Below, in pieces: positions 11,520 through 26,872 of a stretch of 64,000 nucleotides of DNA (positions within the stretch are counted from its first letter, which is position 1; the number at the start of each line of letters is the position of its first letter). The position numbers and the translations under genes were made by a program. The notes under the pieces are model-generated. The model did no database searches. It saw only the letters and a program-made list of their open reading frames with translations, and was not told the origin of the DNA. Location: positions 11,532,001 to 11,596,000 of the forward strand of contig OZ024764.1 of the NCBI GenBank assembly GCA_964016885.1, in the 5' to 3' direction. This stretch comes from Eledone cirrhosa (taxonomy: Eukaryota).

Positions 11520-13713
11520 GTCTTTTACACACGCACACACTTCCACCAACATCAAAACATCTTGGCAGATCTTTGTAGACACTGTCACAAATATATGTAC
11601 AAAACACACCCCACCAAAACCTGTGAACAAAACCAAGTGCAGTATCCCCCAAAACAGAAAAACAATTATCAGAAAAATAAAAAGAACAAACAAAAAAATT
11701 AACACACTAAAATACTGCCAACAGCAACACACACATTCAATGGCTATCACACTGCTTGAGTCAAACAAATATAACCTCCAGCAATGCATGATGACCATCA
11801 TCAATAACCAGAGAATAGCTGAAGAGAGGTGGGCCATTGAGAAAATCAAACTCAACCCCAAAGTGTTCTTCTCATTCGCTAAAAAACACAAGGTCACCGT
11901 CTCCACTGTTGGCCCCTTAGTTGACGAAAATGGCACACTCCAGGTCAATGCCAAAACCATGGGTGAGATACTACAGAAACAATACTGCTCTGTGTTCAGC
12001 AACCCTGATATGGCCGATCTAAGCAATATCAGTGATATTAACCTCCAACTCACTATATCAGACATAACGTTTGGTGCCCCTGATGTCTTAGCGGCAATAA
12101 ACAAAATTAAACAGAATTCAGCAGTAGGCCCCGACAGGTTCCCTGCTTGTGTCCTGAAGGCGTGTCGACACCAACTTGCAACTGCTCTTGCTGATCTGTG
12201 GAGGAACTCACTGGACACTGGTTATATTCCTGAAAACTTGCTGCCCCAGTCCGTTGTCCCAGTCTTCAAAAAGGGAAATAAGTCCCTTGCAGTGAACTAC
12301 CGTCCGATCTCACTCACCTCTCATATTATCAAGGTATTTGAGAGGGTGGTGAGATCACGAATAACCCACTTTCTTGAAAGCAATGGCCTGCTGAACTCCA
12401 ACCAACATGGGTTCCGTAATGGAAGGGACTGCCTAACGCAGCTCCTGCATCACTTTGACAATGTTTTGAGAGCCTTGGGAGAGGGCTCCAACACTGATGT
12501 CATCTACCTTGACTTCAGCAAGGCCTTCGACAGGCTTGATTATAAGATTCTACTGAAAAAACTATCCAATGTTGGTGTCTCTGGAAGGTTACTACAGTGG
12601 ATCAAATGTTTCCTGACAGGCAGAACCCAGCATGTTGTAGTCGAAGGAGTAAAATCAAGCCCTGCCAAAGTCAGCAGTGGCATCCCACAAGGCACTGGGT
12701 TGGGCCCACATCTTTTCATCATCTACATTAATGACGTTACTGACATCATCAAACACAGTAACATCAGAATCTTCGCAGATGATTCCAAGTTCCAAAGGGT
12801 CATCAATGCGGTGGGTGACCGGACTTGCCTTCAGTCAGACCTACTGGCTGTTATCCAATGGGCAGAGATGAATAATATGCTGTTGAATGAGGATAAATTT
12901 GAACTAATCCACTTTGGAAAAAAAAAATGCCCTGAAACTACCATAGTCTCTTCCTTCGGGTGAAACTCTAGTGGCTTCCAATAACATCAGAGACCTGGGA
13001 GTAATTGCGGACAACAATATAAGCTGGGCCACTCATATAAACAGCAAAGTTGATATGGCCCGCAGAATGTGTTCCTGGATTCTCAGAACTTTCCAGTCGA
13101 GAGATATCCACACTGTTGTCCTTCTCTTCTCCACTTTTGCCCGACCCCACCTTGAATACTGTTGTCCACTGTATCATGAAAGTTGAAGCACCCCAAAGGT
13201 CAATTACAAAAAAAGATAGATGGCATGACAGGCCTTGACTATTGGGGTCGTTTAGAAAAGCTCAAACTTTATTCTCTTCAACGTCGCCGTGAGCGCTACA
13301 TTATCTGTATGATGTGGAAAATATTCCATCAGCTTAGCCCAAATGATGTTGGCATCACCTTTAGTGTACACCCAAGGCTTGGGCCCTGTGTTATCCGCCC
13401 ACAACAAAAATCCCACTCGCATCACATGACAACAATACGGCACAATTATTTCACCTCAATTGGCCCTGCTCTCTTTAACATTACACCAAAACACATCAAA
13501 GCAGAGACAGGCCCCATCAAGTTGAAGAAGTCTTTGGATAAATTCCTTCAAGAAATCCCGGATAAGCTTCCCACACCCGGATATGTCTCCATAAACAATA
13601 ACTCTCTGCTTCAGTGGGCCATGGTGCCCAAACACTGATTTGTAAGACTTCGCCAGGTGGTGCTATTAAGTTAGACATGGCCTGGGCCAATACTGGCCGA
13701 AACCTATCAAAGT
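11520..13713 (+). mobile_element. 5'-truncated CR1-group LINE, RT domain, frameshifted
   Basis: ORF 11623-12963 has NYRPISLTS, QHGFR, YLDFSKAFD, GIPQGTGLGP and FADD; it continues in other frames (12971-13186 RPHLEYC; 13183-13638 LYSLQRRRER); no endonuclease domain; (TA)n flanks. Confidence 0.95.
11623..12963 (+). pseudogene. Non-LTR reverse transcriptase (CR1 group), disrupted at the A-run ~12918-12927
   Basis: RT motifs as above; frame lost after IHFGKKK. Confidence 0.9.
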
Positions 13714-13815
13714 TATATATATATATATGTATGTATACGAATGTGTGTATGTATATATATATATATATATATATATTTGTGTATGTGTGTGTATATATAT
13801 ATATATGTATATATT

Positions 13816-14068
13816 GGTTGTCTATTTTCAGGGTATGTCAATATTTATTTATAAAACTAATTCTGTATTCTATTTTATCTGATGAAAGCGCACCATAATT
13901 TGCCTTGGTGGCCCTTGAAATATGTATAATAAAATAAATATGGTTTTATAAATATAGTTTCCATTTATTAATATATTGTATATTTACTCCACTAAACTGT
14001 TGAGTGCTTTATATCAGTTATAAAAAATTTTTAAGTTTGTTGAATCCCAACAAATTGAATATAAGCTC

Positions 14069-14070
<2 letters not shown>
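13816..14070 (+). mobile_element. Single-arm copy of the Penelope-like pLTR family also found at 17257
   Basis: Matches 17450-17670; hammerhead at 13872-13935; tail actc-cactaaactgtt-gagtgc. Confidence 0.75.
13872..13935 (+). ncRNA. Type-I hammerhead ribozyme motif
   Basis: attttat-CTGATGA-aag..cacca..tggtg..ctt-GAAA-tatgta-TA-ataaaat. Confidence 0.75.
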
Positions 14071-15915
<1,845 letters not shown>

Positions 15916-16157
15916 CATTGTGAGCTAGGCTTTACCATACATCATATGCCATATGTCATACAACAGAATACACAAAGACATACTTTACCTTCGTCATAAA
16001 CTCAGATTATCAGGAAATATCACTGTGATATATCCATGACATATCACACGGCTGAGAGAATGTCCTTCTCGTTCATTTTTCTATATTTTTCTTATACTGA
16101 TAGACATGTCTAATATCGCTAGAAGAAAAATGTTGATTAGGTTTTTATTACATTGCG

Positions 16158-16290
16158 AGGCTGCGAATTGGTACAGTGGTTACAATGTCAGAAAGCTTTC
16201 TGCTTTCTGAATTCAAATCCTGCCGAGCTCAACTTTGCCTTTCATCCATTCAAGGTAGATGAAAAAAATACCAGTTTAATACTGGGGTTG
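16158..16290 (+). mobile_element. Old copy of tRNA-headed SINE family B
   Basis: ttcaaatcc B-box followed by 'aactttgcctttcatcc...aaataccagt'. Confidence 0.65.
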
Positions 16291-16556
16291 ATTGTTTTTC
16301 TCTATATCTTTCTCACTCTCTATCCTTCCATGGTTAGGTGATGAATAAAACCACCATACTTCCTGAAAAGTGATAGACAGTCTGTTTCTTGATGTTTGGC
16401 GTTTATCAAAACCATACACTCACCTGCCGCCGCTGAAAATTATAGAAGGTGGATTCTTATAGAATTCCAGTAATAATCAGGAGCTGATATACAGAGTGAT
16501 TGCCGGTCCAACAAAAATTAGGTATCAGGATTGCTGCTCTGAAATAGCGATGTATA

Positions 16557-17035
16557 CATGAATGTATGTATAGTATATTTGGCAATATACCGTATATTTA
16601 ATTACTAACATTTAGAAGACCATACACTATCAGTTTTAAACAGTGACTATGTCACTTACTTATTTTGTCAGCCACTCTCTCTGCTTTCGCTAAAAAGAAG
16701 TAAGTGACATAGTCACTACTTTAAAACTGATATATCAAATGGTCTTCTAAATGTTATTAATTAAACATACAGTATATTGCCAGATATACTATACATACAT
16801 TCATGCGTGGCTCTGATGATTGCCAAACAGCGTGAAACAGACTGTCAGCTTCTCTCCCTTATTTCACCGAAAAGAAGTAAGAGACATAGTCACTACTTTA
16901 AAACTGATATCGAATGGTCTTCTAAATGGTTTTAATTAAACATACGGTATATTGCTAAATATATTATACATACATTTATATATAAACATTGAGTTCTTCA
17001 TACGGATTGGACACCACCGTATATTTTGGTAGATT
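16557..17035 (+). mobile_element. Penelope-like pLTR structure: inverted arm plus two direct copies joined by a hammerhead
   Basis: 16557-16666 is inverted relative to 16692-16805; 16667-16805 is repeated at 16844-16980. Confidence 0.75.
16807..16852 (+). ncRNA. Type-I hammerhead ribozyme motif (GUC site)
   Basis: gtggct-CTGATGA-ttgc caaaca gcgt-GAAA-cagactg-TC-agc; the upstream repeat copy reads gtc-agccac, completing a 6-bp stem I. Confidence 0.8.
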
Positions 17036-17061
17036 TATCTACACACATTTATATATATATA

Positions 17062-17255
17062 TCATCATCATCATCATCATCATCATTTTACGTCCGCTTT
17101 TCCCTGCTTGCAAGGGTGGGACGGGTCTTATTCAGCACAGCATCTCTCCACTCGTCACGGTCCCCTCGTCATCTCCACCGTGAGCTTCAATGATCTGAGG
17201 TCTGTTATCACCACCTCCGCCCATGTTTTTCGTGGTCTTCCTTTACCACGTCTTC
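17062..17255 (-). mobile_element. RTE LINE extreme 3' fragment
   Basis: Homologous to 7257-7430; ends ...cttgcaagcagggaaaagcggacgtaaaatgatgatg. Confidence 0.85.
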
Positions 17256-17256
17256 T

Positions 17257-17670
17257 ATATACAATATATTAATAAATGGAAACTATATTTATAAAACCAT
17301 ATTTATTTTATTATACATATTTCAAGGGCAACCAAGGCAAATTATGGTGCGCTTTCATCAGATAAAATACAGATTTGTTTTATAAATAAATATTGACATA
17401 CCCGGAAAAAAGACAACCTTAACGGTTGGAACTTCCTGGATAGAACACCGGGTATGTCAATATTTATTTATAAAACAAATCTGTATTTTATCTGAAGAAA
17501 GCGCACCATAATTTGCCTTGGTTTCCCTTGAAATATGCATAATATAATAAAATAAATATGGTTTTATAAATATAGTTTCCATTTATTAATATATTGTGTA
17601 TTTACTCCACTAACTTGTTGAGTGCTTTATATCAGTTATAAAAATGTTTAAATTAAATATAACCTCTGCA
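17257..17670 (+). mobile_element. Fold-back Penelope-like element with a hammerhead in each arm and a 3' tail
   Basis: 17257-17405 is inverted relative to 17448-17601; hammerhead motifs at 17305-17368 (-) and 17485-17553 (+). Confidence 0.8.
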
Positions 17671-17724
17671 TATATATATATATATATATATATATCAACA
17701 TCACTACACAAACATGTATATGTG

Positions 17725-18255
17725 TGTGTAGTGATGTTGATGGTAATATTGGTAGTGATGATGGTGATGGTGGTGGTATTGGTAGGGATGATGATGATGG
17801 TGGTGATGATGATTGAACACAGGGACAGCTGGGGGTCTCGTTAAAACTGATCCTTGATCAATATATTTAAATTTGATAGAATTTACCGGAATTCTAACGA
17901 TCCATTTTAGAGTAGCATGTTGTGAAGGTTGGGTTTGGTGGTGGTGGTGAGGGTGGTAGTAGTGATAGTGGTAGTGGTAGTGATAGTGGCAGTGGTGGTG
18001 GTAGTAGTGGTGGCGAGGGTGGTAGTAGTGGTGGTAGTGGCAGTGGTGGTGGTAGTAGCGGTGGTGGTGGTGGCGAGGATGTTGTAGTGGTGAGGGTGAT
18101 AGTAGCGGTGATGGTGACGGTGGTGGTGGCGAGGGTGTTGTAGTGGTGAGGGTGGTAGTAGTGGTGGTAGTAGCGGTGGTGGTGACGGTGGTGATGGCGA
18201 AGCTGTTGTAGTGGTGAGGGTGGTAGTAGTGGTGGTTGATGGTGGCGGTGGTGAA
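17725..18255. repeat. (GGT/GTA/GAT)n trinucleotide field
   Basis: Direct reading. Confidence 0.85.
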
Positions 18256-18318
18256 GGAGAAATTGTCCATAAGTTTGTATTTTGCCTGTGTGTGTATGTA
18301 TATGGGAATGTGTGTTTT

Positions 18319-18389
<71 letters not shown>

Positions 18390-18489
18390 ATATGTCAATA
18401 TATATATATATGTGTATATATTTCCCTTTTACATTATTCATAGTGGATATATTTATTATTCTGGAAATTCACATTTATAATAATGATAA

Positions 18490-18978
18490 TAATTGTTTCT
18501 ACTTTTGGCACAAGGCCAGCAATTACCCCAGTGTATTACTGGTACTTTATTTTATCTACCCCGTCCCCCCACAATAATAATTGTTTCTACTTTTGGCACA
18601 AGGCCAGCATTTATCCCAGTACATTACTGGTACTTTATTTTATCAACCCCGTAAGGATGAAAAGCAAAGTTAACCTCGGTGGGATTTGAGCTCAGATCAT
18701 AAACGGCCGTAACTCTATGCTCCATAGCAGCATGGCATCCGACCCTCTACCGATACTGCCACTCCACAATGATTTCTAGTATAGGCACAAGGCCAGTAAC
18801 TTGGGGGGAGGAGAAAGTCGATTAAATCGCCCCCAGTACATTACTGGTACTTTATTTTATCGACCCTGTAAGGATGAAAGGCAAAATTAAGCTCAGCGAG
18901 ATTTGAACTCAGAACGTAAAGGGCCGTAACTCTATGCCGCAAAGCATGGCGTCTGATGGTCTACCAATACTACCAATT
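18490..18978 (-). mobile_element. Cluster of three SINE family B copies (one partial)
   Basis: Repeated 'ttgtttctacttttggcacaaggccagc...tactggtactttattttatc...aaggatgaaa...ggatttga'. Confidence 0.85.
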
Positions 18979-19179
18979 CTTTATTTATTGGCCATAAGGT
19001 CCTACATATAGGGGACAATACAAAAACAGGTTCAGTTGGGGGAAGGGGGGGTTACAAAAATGGGGATGGTGGTGATGATGATGATGATGATGATGATGGG
19101 GATCATGATTATAATGATGATGATGATGATGGTTTATCTCGTATAAGCAGGAAATGTGAATAAATAATGTTTTAATAAT

Positions 19180-19861
19180 AATAACAACAACCACACCAAC
19201 ACCAACAATAACAACAACACCACCACCAACAACAACCACACCACCAACAACAACAACCACACCACCACCAACAACACCAACCACACCACCACCACCAACA
19301 ACAACAATAACAACACCAACCACACCACCACCAACAACAACCACACCACCACCACCAACAACAACAATAACAACACCAACCACACCACCACCACCACCAA
19401 CAACAACAACCACACCACCAACAACAACACCACCAACCACACCACCACCACCACCAACAACAACAACCACACCACCAACAACAACAATAACAACAACAAC
19501 ACCACCAACCACACCACCACCACCACCAACAACAACCACACCAACAACAACAATAACAACACCAACCACACCACCACCAACAACCACACCACCACCACCA
19601 ACAACAACAACAATAACAACAACAGCAACCACACCACCAACAACAACACCAACAACAATGACACCACCAACAACAACAATAACAACACCAACCACACCAC
19701 CACCAACAACAATAACAACACCAACCACACCACCAACACCAACAACAACAACCAACAACAACAATAACAACACCAACACCAACAACAACAACCAACAACA
19801 CCAACCACACCACCACCAACAACAACAATAACAACACCAACCACACCACCACCAACAACCA

Positions 19862-19894
<33 letters not shown>

Positions 19895-21815
19895 CAACAG
19901 CAACCACACCACCAACAACAACACCAACAATAACAATGACACCACCAACAACAACCACACCAACCACACCACCAACAACAACACCAACAATAACAATGAC
20001 ACCACCAACAACAACCACACCAACCACACCACCAACAACAACAATAACAACACCAACCACACCACCAACAACAACAACCAACAACAACAATAACAACACC
20101 AACAACAACAACCAACAACACCAACCACACCACCAACACCAACAACAACAATAACAACACCAACCACACCACCAACACCAACAACAACACCAACAACAAC
20201 ACCAACAATAACACCAACAACACCAACAACAATACTGATAATAAATTCTTTGTGTTTCCATGTCGTTTGTTGAATATTTATAAATGATCTTTAAATGTTT
20301 TGCACAGTTGTGGTGGTGGTGGTGGTGTGGTGTGGTGTGGTGGTGGTGTGGTGGTGGTGGTAGTGGTGGTGGTGGTGTTGTAGTGGTGGTGGTGTGGTGG
20401 TGGTGTGGTATTTGTGTATGGTGTGGTGTGGTGTGGTGATGGTGATGGTTGTGGTGTGGTATGTCTGGGGTAGTGATGGAGGTATGGTGTGGGGTAGTGC
20501 AGTGTGGTGTGGTGTGGTGGTAGTAGTATTATGGTGTTCTTTACAAAGATCAACAGATGTAGTGGTGTGAGTTGTGGTGTGGTATGTTATGGTGAATGAT
20601 AGTTTTGTGGTGGTGGTGGCTGTGATGGTGGTGTTGGTTGTGGTGGTGGTGTTGGCTCTGGTGGTGGTGGTGATGGTGATGGTGATGGCTGTGATGGTGG
20701 TGGTGGTTATGGTAGTGGTTGTGGTGATGGTGGTGGCTGTGATGGTGGTGGTGGTGTTGGTGTTGTGGTGGTAGTGTTGGTGTTGTGGTGGTGGTGGTGG
20801 TTATGGTAGTGGTGGTGGTTATGGTAGTGGTGGTGGCTGCGATGGTGTTGGTGTTGTGGTGGTGGTGGCGGTGGTGTTGTGGTGGTAGTGGTGGTGTTGG
20901 TGTTGTGGTGGTGGTGGTGGTTATGGTAGTGGTTGTGGTTGTGGTGATGGTGGTGGCTGTGATGGTGGTGGTGGTGGTGTTGGTGTTGTGGTGGTTATGG
21001 TAGTGGTGGTGTTGGTGTTGTGGTGGTGGTGGTGGTTATGGTAGTGGTGGTGGTTATGGTAGTGTTGGTTATGGTAGTGGTGGTGGCTCTGGTGGTGGTG
21101 GTGGTGATGGTGATGGTGATGGTGATGGCTGTGATGGTGGTGGTGGTTATGGTAGTGGTTGTGGTTGTGGTGATGGTGGTGGTGGTGGTGTTGGTGTTGT
21201 GGTGGTTATGGTAGTGGTGGTGTTGGTATTGTGGTGGTGGTGGTGGTGGTTATGGTAGTGGTGGTGGTTATGGTAGTGTTGGTTATGGTAGTGGTTGTGG
21301 TTGTGGTGGTGGCTGCGATGGTGTTGGTGTTGTGGTGGTGGTGGTGTTGTGGTTGTGGTGGTGGCTGTGATGGTAATGGTGGTGGTGGTGGATTGATGGT
21401 AGTGGTTGTGATGGTAGTGGTGGTGGTTGTGGTTGTGGTGGTGGCTGCGATGGTGTTGGTGTTGTGGTGGTGGTGGTGTTGGTGTTGTGGTGGTGGCTGT
21501 GATGGTAATGGTGGTGGTGGTGGATTGATGGTAGTGGTTGTGATGGTAGTGGTGGTGGTTGTGGTTGTGGTGGTGGCTGCGATGGTGTTGGTGTTGTGGT
21601 GGTGGTGGTGGTTATGGTAGTGGTGGTGGTTATGGTAGTGTTGTTATGGTAGTGTTGGTGGTAGTGGTGGTGGTTGTGGTTGTGGTGGTGGCTGCGATGG
21701 TGTTGGTGTTGTGGTTGTGATGGTGATGGTGTTGTGGTTGTGGTGGTGGTTGTGATGGTAATGGTGGTGGTGGTGGATTGATGGTAGTGGTGGTAGTTCT
21801 GATGATGGTAGTGTT
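19180..21815. repeat. (CCA/ACA)n field followed by (TGG)n field
   Basis: Direct reading. Confidence 0.9.
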
Positions 21816-21971
21816 TATGTGAGGTACAAATTATGTAGTTTTGTGTATTGAAACATTTTTTTTTTAAATGTGATAAAAGTTTAGAAAGTATTTCTCTAGA
21901 AATGTTAGCATGACTGTCTATATACTGTTCTGTTGAAACTGGTAGATTGAGCCTCTGTAGAAGCCTTACAC

Positions 21972-22025
<54 letters not shown>

Positions 22026-22361
22026 GGAGGTACATGGCTTAGTGGTTAGAGCATTGGCCTTGCAATCGAAAGGTTGTGAGTTCAATTCTAAGACCGGGTG
22101 ATGTGTTGTTTCCTTGAGCAAGACACTTTATTTCACATTGCTCCAGTTTACTCAGCTGTAGAAATGAGATGATAGGGACTGGGGTCCCTATCATTCCACT
22201 GCAAAGTGGTCGTGGAGGTGCCACGGCAAAAAAGCACCCAGCACTCACTGTAAATGAGGTTGGTGTTAGGAAGGGCATCCAGCTGTAGAAATCAAGCCAG
22301 AATTAGTTCCCGTCCCACCCTTGCAAGCAGGGAAAAGCGGATGTAAAATGATGATGATGAT
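22026..22361 (+). mobile_element. Full-length tRNA-derived SINE family A with RTE-type tail
   Basis: A box tggcttagtgg, B box gttcaattc, 'ccttgagcaagacact' block, one 49-bp unit, ...gcggatgtaaaatgatgatg; inserted in (TA)n. Confidence 0.9.
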
Positions 22362-22383
22362 ATATATATATATATATATATAT

Positions 22384-22512
22384 AAGTTTGTCCCAGGTTC
22401 AATCGGAGGTAACCACAGTAAGTAAGGTACTCAATACATAGCAGAGTATAAATGTTTTAATATAGAAAAGCTTCTACAGGACTAGAACTGTTTCATTCGG
22501 TAGAAATCATCA
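22384..22512 (-). mobile_element. 5'-truncated Penelope-like terminus with partial hammerhead
   Basis: Minus strand: TGATGA-tttctaccgaat-GAAA-cag ttctagtc ctg-TA, then tail actctgctatgtattgagtac; same family at 35997, 44040 and 47098. Confidence 0.7.
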
Positions 22513-22555
22513 TAATTAAATATATATTACATAATTAAATATATATATATTTTTT

Positions 22556-22840
22556 CTAGGGCGGGTAAAATTCCCGAGATCCATGGACGAGTTCTCGCCA
22601 GCGGTCTCTGTCCCTCATTATCGCTGCCATGTCCTGCGTCTCCAACAGACCAGTGTCTGTCCTTAGGGCATCAACATACGTTAACCTTGGTCTTCCTCTT
22701 CCAGTGTGTCCATGCAGGGGCTCCCAAAGGAGCACTGAGTGCAATGTCAACTCTGGATGTCGGTGAGCATGTCCAGCTAACCTCAGTCTCCTCTGTGTCA
22801 CTTTTGAGCTGACTTTTGGGAGGCTCCCGTACAGCTCCCA
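22556..22840 (-). mobile_element. 3' ORF fragment of a second RTE-like LINE family
   Basis: LYGSLPKVSSKVTQRRLRLAGHAHRH...LLWEP...GRGRPRLTYVD. Confidence 0.8.
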
Positions 22841-22964
22841 TATACACATTTATATATATATGTGTGTGTGTGTGTCTGTGTGTGTGTGTGTGTGTCCATA
22901 CAACAATAAAAACAAGTTTGGGTATGGTGCTTTTTGTTGTGACACCTACACGACCATTTTACCA

Positions 22965-25026
22965 CACAACACTGCCACCAACACCACTACCACCACTGCA
23001 ACATCAGTAACAACAACAACAGCCACAACAACACCTCAACAACAACAACCACCACAACAACAACAACAACAACAATAATAATAATAACAACAGCCACAAC
23101 AACAACAACAACAGCCACAACAACACCTCAACAACAACAATAATAATAACAGCCATAACACCACAACAACGGTAACAACAACAACCACAACAACAACCAT
23201 AACAGCCACAACAACTATCACAACAGCCACAACAACAACAACAACAGCCACAACAACAATAATAATAATAACAACAACAACAGCCACAACAACACCTCAA
23301 CAACAACAACAACAATAATAATAACAGCCATAACACCACAACAATGGTAACAACAACAACCACAACAACAACCATAACAGCCACAACAACTATCACAACA
23401 GCCACAACAATAACAACAGCCACAACAACAATAATAATAATAACAACAACAACAGCCACAACAACACCTCAACAACAAAAACAACAATAATAATAACAGC
23501 CATAACACCACAACAACGGTAACAACAACAACCACAACAACAACCATAACAGCCACAACTATCACAACAGCCACAACAACAGCAACAACAGCCACAACAA
23601 CAATAATAATAATAACAACAACAGCCACAACAACACCTCAACAACAACAACAACAATAATAACAGCCATAACACCACAACAATGGTAACAACAACAACCA
23701 CAACAACAACCATAACAGCCACAACTATCACAACAGCCACAACAACAATAACAACAGCCACAACAACAATAATAATAACAACAACAACAGCCACAACAAC
23801 AATAATAATAACAACAACAACAGCCACAACAACACCTCAACAACAACAACAACAATAATAATAACAGCCATAACACCACAACAACGGTAACAACAACCAC
23901 AACAACAACCATAACAGCCACAACAACTATCACAACAGCCACAACAACAACAACAACAGCCACAACAACAATAATAATAATAATAACAACAACAGCCACA
24001 ACAACACCTCAACAACAACAACCACCACAACAACAACAACAATAATAATAACAGCCATAACACCACAACAACGGTAACAACAACAACCACAACAACAACC
24101 ATAACAGCCACAACAACTATCACAACAGCCACAACAACAACAACAACAACAACAATAATAATAACAACAACAACAGCCACAACAACACCTCAACAACAAC
24201 AACCACCACAACAACAACAACAATAATAATAACAGCCATAACACCACAACAACAACCATAACAGCCACAACAACTATCACAACAGCCACAACAACAACAA
24301 CAACAGCCACAACAACAATAATAATAATAATAACAACAGCCACAACAACACCTCAACAACAACAACCACCACAACAACAACAACAACAATAATAATAACA
24401 GCCATAACACCACAACAACGGTAACAACAACAACCACAACAACAACCATAACAGCCACAACAACTATCACAACAGCCACAACAACAACAACAACAGCCAC
24501 AACAACAATAATAATAATAACAACAACAACAGCCACAACAACACCTCAACAACAACCACCACAACAACAACAACAATAATAATAACAGCCACAACACCAC
24601 AACAACGGTAACAACAACCACAACAACAACCATAACAGCCACAACAACTATCACAACAGCCACAACAACAACAACAACAGCCACAACAACAATAATAATA
24701 ATAATAACAACAGCCACAACAACACCTCAACAACAACAACAACCACCACAACAATAATAATAACAGCCATAACACCACAACAACGGTAACAACAACAACC
24801 ACAACAACAACCATAACAGCCACAACAACTATCACAACAGCCACAACAACAACAACAACAGCAATAAAAACAGCAATAACAACAACCGCCACCACCACCA
24901 CAACAACCACAACAACAACCATAACAGCCACAACAACTATCACAACAGCCACAACAACAACAACAACAATAAAAACAGCAATAACAACAACCGCCACCAC
25001 CACCACAACAACAACAACAACAACAA
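22965..25026. repeat. (ACA)n-based array with a ~170-200 bp higher-order unit
   Basis: Anchors acacctcaac / aacggtaac / actatcac recur about 10 times. Confidence 0.9.
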
Positions 25027-25261
25027 TTAAATGATAATTAATCACGTTAATTAGAAAATTTAAAATACTGGGGAAAACACTAATTCTTGAGAGAAAGCTT
25101 GAAAAACAATATAACAACAACTTCAACAGCAACAACAAACTGCCCCACCACACCCTCTGCCCTGCACCACCCCATGGGAGAAAAAATTAAGGCTCTACTT
25201 CCCCCCCCCCTCCAAGTTAGAGTGATTGAAGTAACATATTCCTGCATAATTTAATAATAAT

Positions 25262-25585
25262 GCTTTCAAATTTTGGCACTAGGCCAGCATTTAATACCCC
25301 AGTGTATTACTGGTACTTTATTTTATCGACCCCCCCCCCCCTTCTCCCCCCGTAAGGTAAGGCAAGGATGAAAGGCAAAGTTAACCTCGGCGGGATTTGA
25401 ACTCAGAACGTAAAGGGCCACCACTCTGTGCTGCAAAGCATGGCGTCTGATGCTCTGCTGATACTGCTAAACCTCTACTTTTCGCACAAGGCCAGCAATT
25501 AACCTCAGTACATTACTGGTACTTGATTTTATCGACCCCAGCAGGAATTTGAACTCACAACGTAAAGGGCCATAACATTATGCCA
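25262..25585 (-). mobile_element. SINE family B copies (one near full length, one partial)
   Basis: Same motifs as 18490-18978. Confidence 0.8.
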
Positions 25586-25589
25586 CAGC

Positions 25590-25648
25590 TACTACTACTA
25601 CTACTACTAGAAGTAGAAGTGGTATTAGTAGCAGTAGTAATGGAAGTG

Positions 25649-25689
<41 letters not shown>

Positions 25690-26278
25690 GGTGGTGGTAG
25701 TAACACTTGTAATAATAGCAGCAGCAGCAGTAGCAGCAACAGTAGTAGTGTTAGTAGTAGTACTGCAGTAGTAGTAGCAGTAGTAGTAGTAGTAGTAGTG
25801 GTGGTGGTGGTAGTAACACTTGTAGTAGTAGCAGCAACAGCAGTAGTAGTAGTAGTAGTGGTGGTGGTGGTGGTGGTGGTAGTAACACTTGTAGTAATAG
25901 TAGCAGTAGTAGTAGTAGTGGTGGTGGTGGTAGTAACACTTGTAGTAATAGTAGTAGTAGTAGCAGCAGCAGTAGTAGTAGCTGTAGCAGCAACAGTAGT
26001 AGTGTTAGTAGTAGTAGTAGTAGTGGTGGTGGTGGTGGTAGTAACACTTGTAGTAATAGTAGTAGTAGCAGCAGTAGTAGTAGTAGTAGTAGTAGTAGCA
26101 GCAGTAGTAGTAGCTGTAGCAGCAACAGTAGTAGTGTTAGTAGTAGTAGTAGTAGTGGTGGTGGTGGTGGTGGTGGTAGTAACACTTGTAGTAATAGTAG
26201 TAGTAGTAGCAGCAGCAGTAGTAGTAGTAGTAGTAGTAGCAGCAGTAGTAGTAGCTGTAGCAGCAACAGTAGTAGTGT

Positions 26279-26318
<40 letters not shown>

Positions 26319-26440
26319 GGTGGTAGTAACACTTGTAGTAATAGTAGTAGTAGTAGCAGCAGCAGTAGTAGTAGTAGTAGCAGTAGCAGCAGTAGTAGTA
26401 GCTGTAGCAGCAACAGTAGTAGTGTTAGTAGTAGTACTGC

Positions 26441-26479
<39 letters not shown>

Positions 26480-26839
26480 GGTGGTAGTAACACTTGTAGT
26501 AATAGTAGTAGTAGCAGCAGCAGTAGTAGTAGCAGTAGCAGCAACAGTAGTAGTGTTAGTAGTAGTACTGCAGTAGTAGTAGTAGTAGTAGTGGTGGTGG
26601 TGGTGGTAGTAACACTTGTAGTAATAGTAGTAGTAGCAGCAGCAGTAGTAGTAGCTGTAGCAGCAACAGTAGTAGTGTTAGTAGTAGTACTGTAGTAGTA
26701 GTAGTAGTAGTGGTGGTGGTGGTAGTAAAACTTGTAGTAGTAGTAGTAGTAGTAGTAGTAATAGCAGTAGTAGTAGTAGCAGCAGCAGCAGTAGTAGTAG
26801 CTGTAGCAGCAACAGTAGTAGTGTTAGTAGTAGTACTGC

Positions 26840-26872
<33 letters not shown>

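Noticed and set aside
15985-16085. Minus-strand exon candidate with GTAAAG donor
   Set aside because: Stops in all three frames
19180-21815. Giant hairpin between the (CCA)n and (TGG)n fields
   Set aside because: Complementarity is only low-complexity, with no unique inverted anchors
22026-22100. tRNA-like sequences at SINE heads
   Set aside because: They continue into SINE bodies and do not form a complete cloverleaf, so they are not called as tRNA genes
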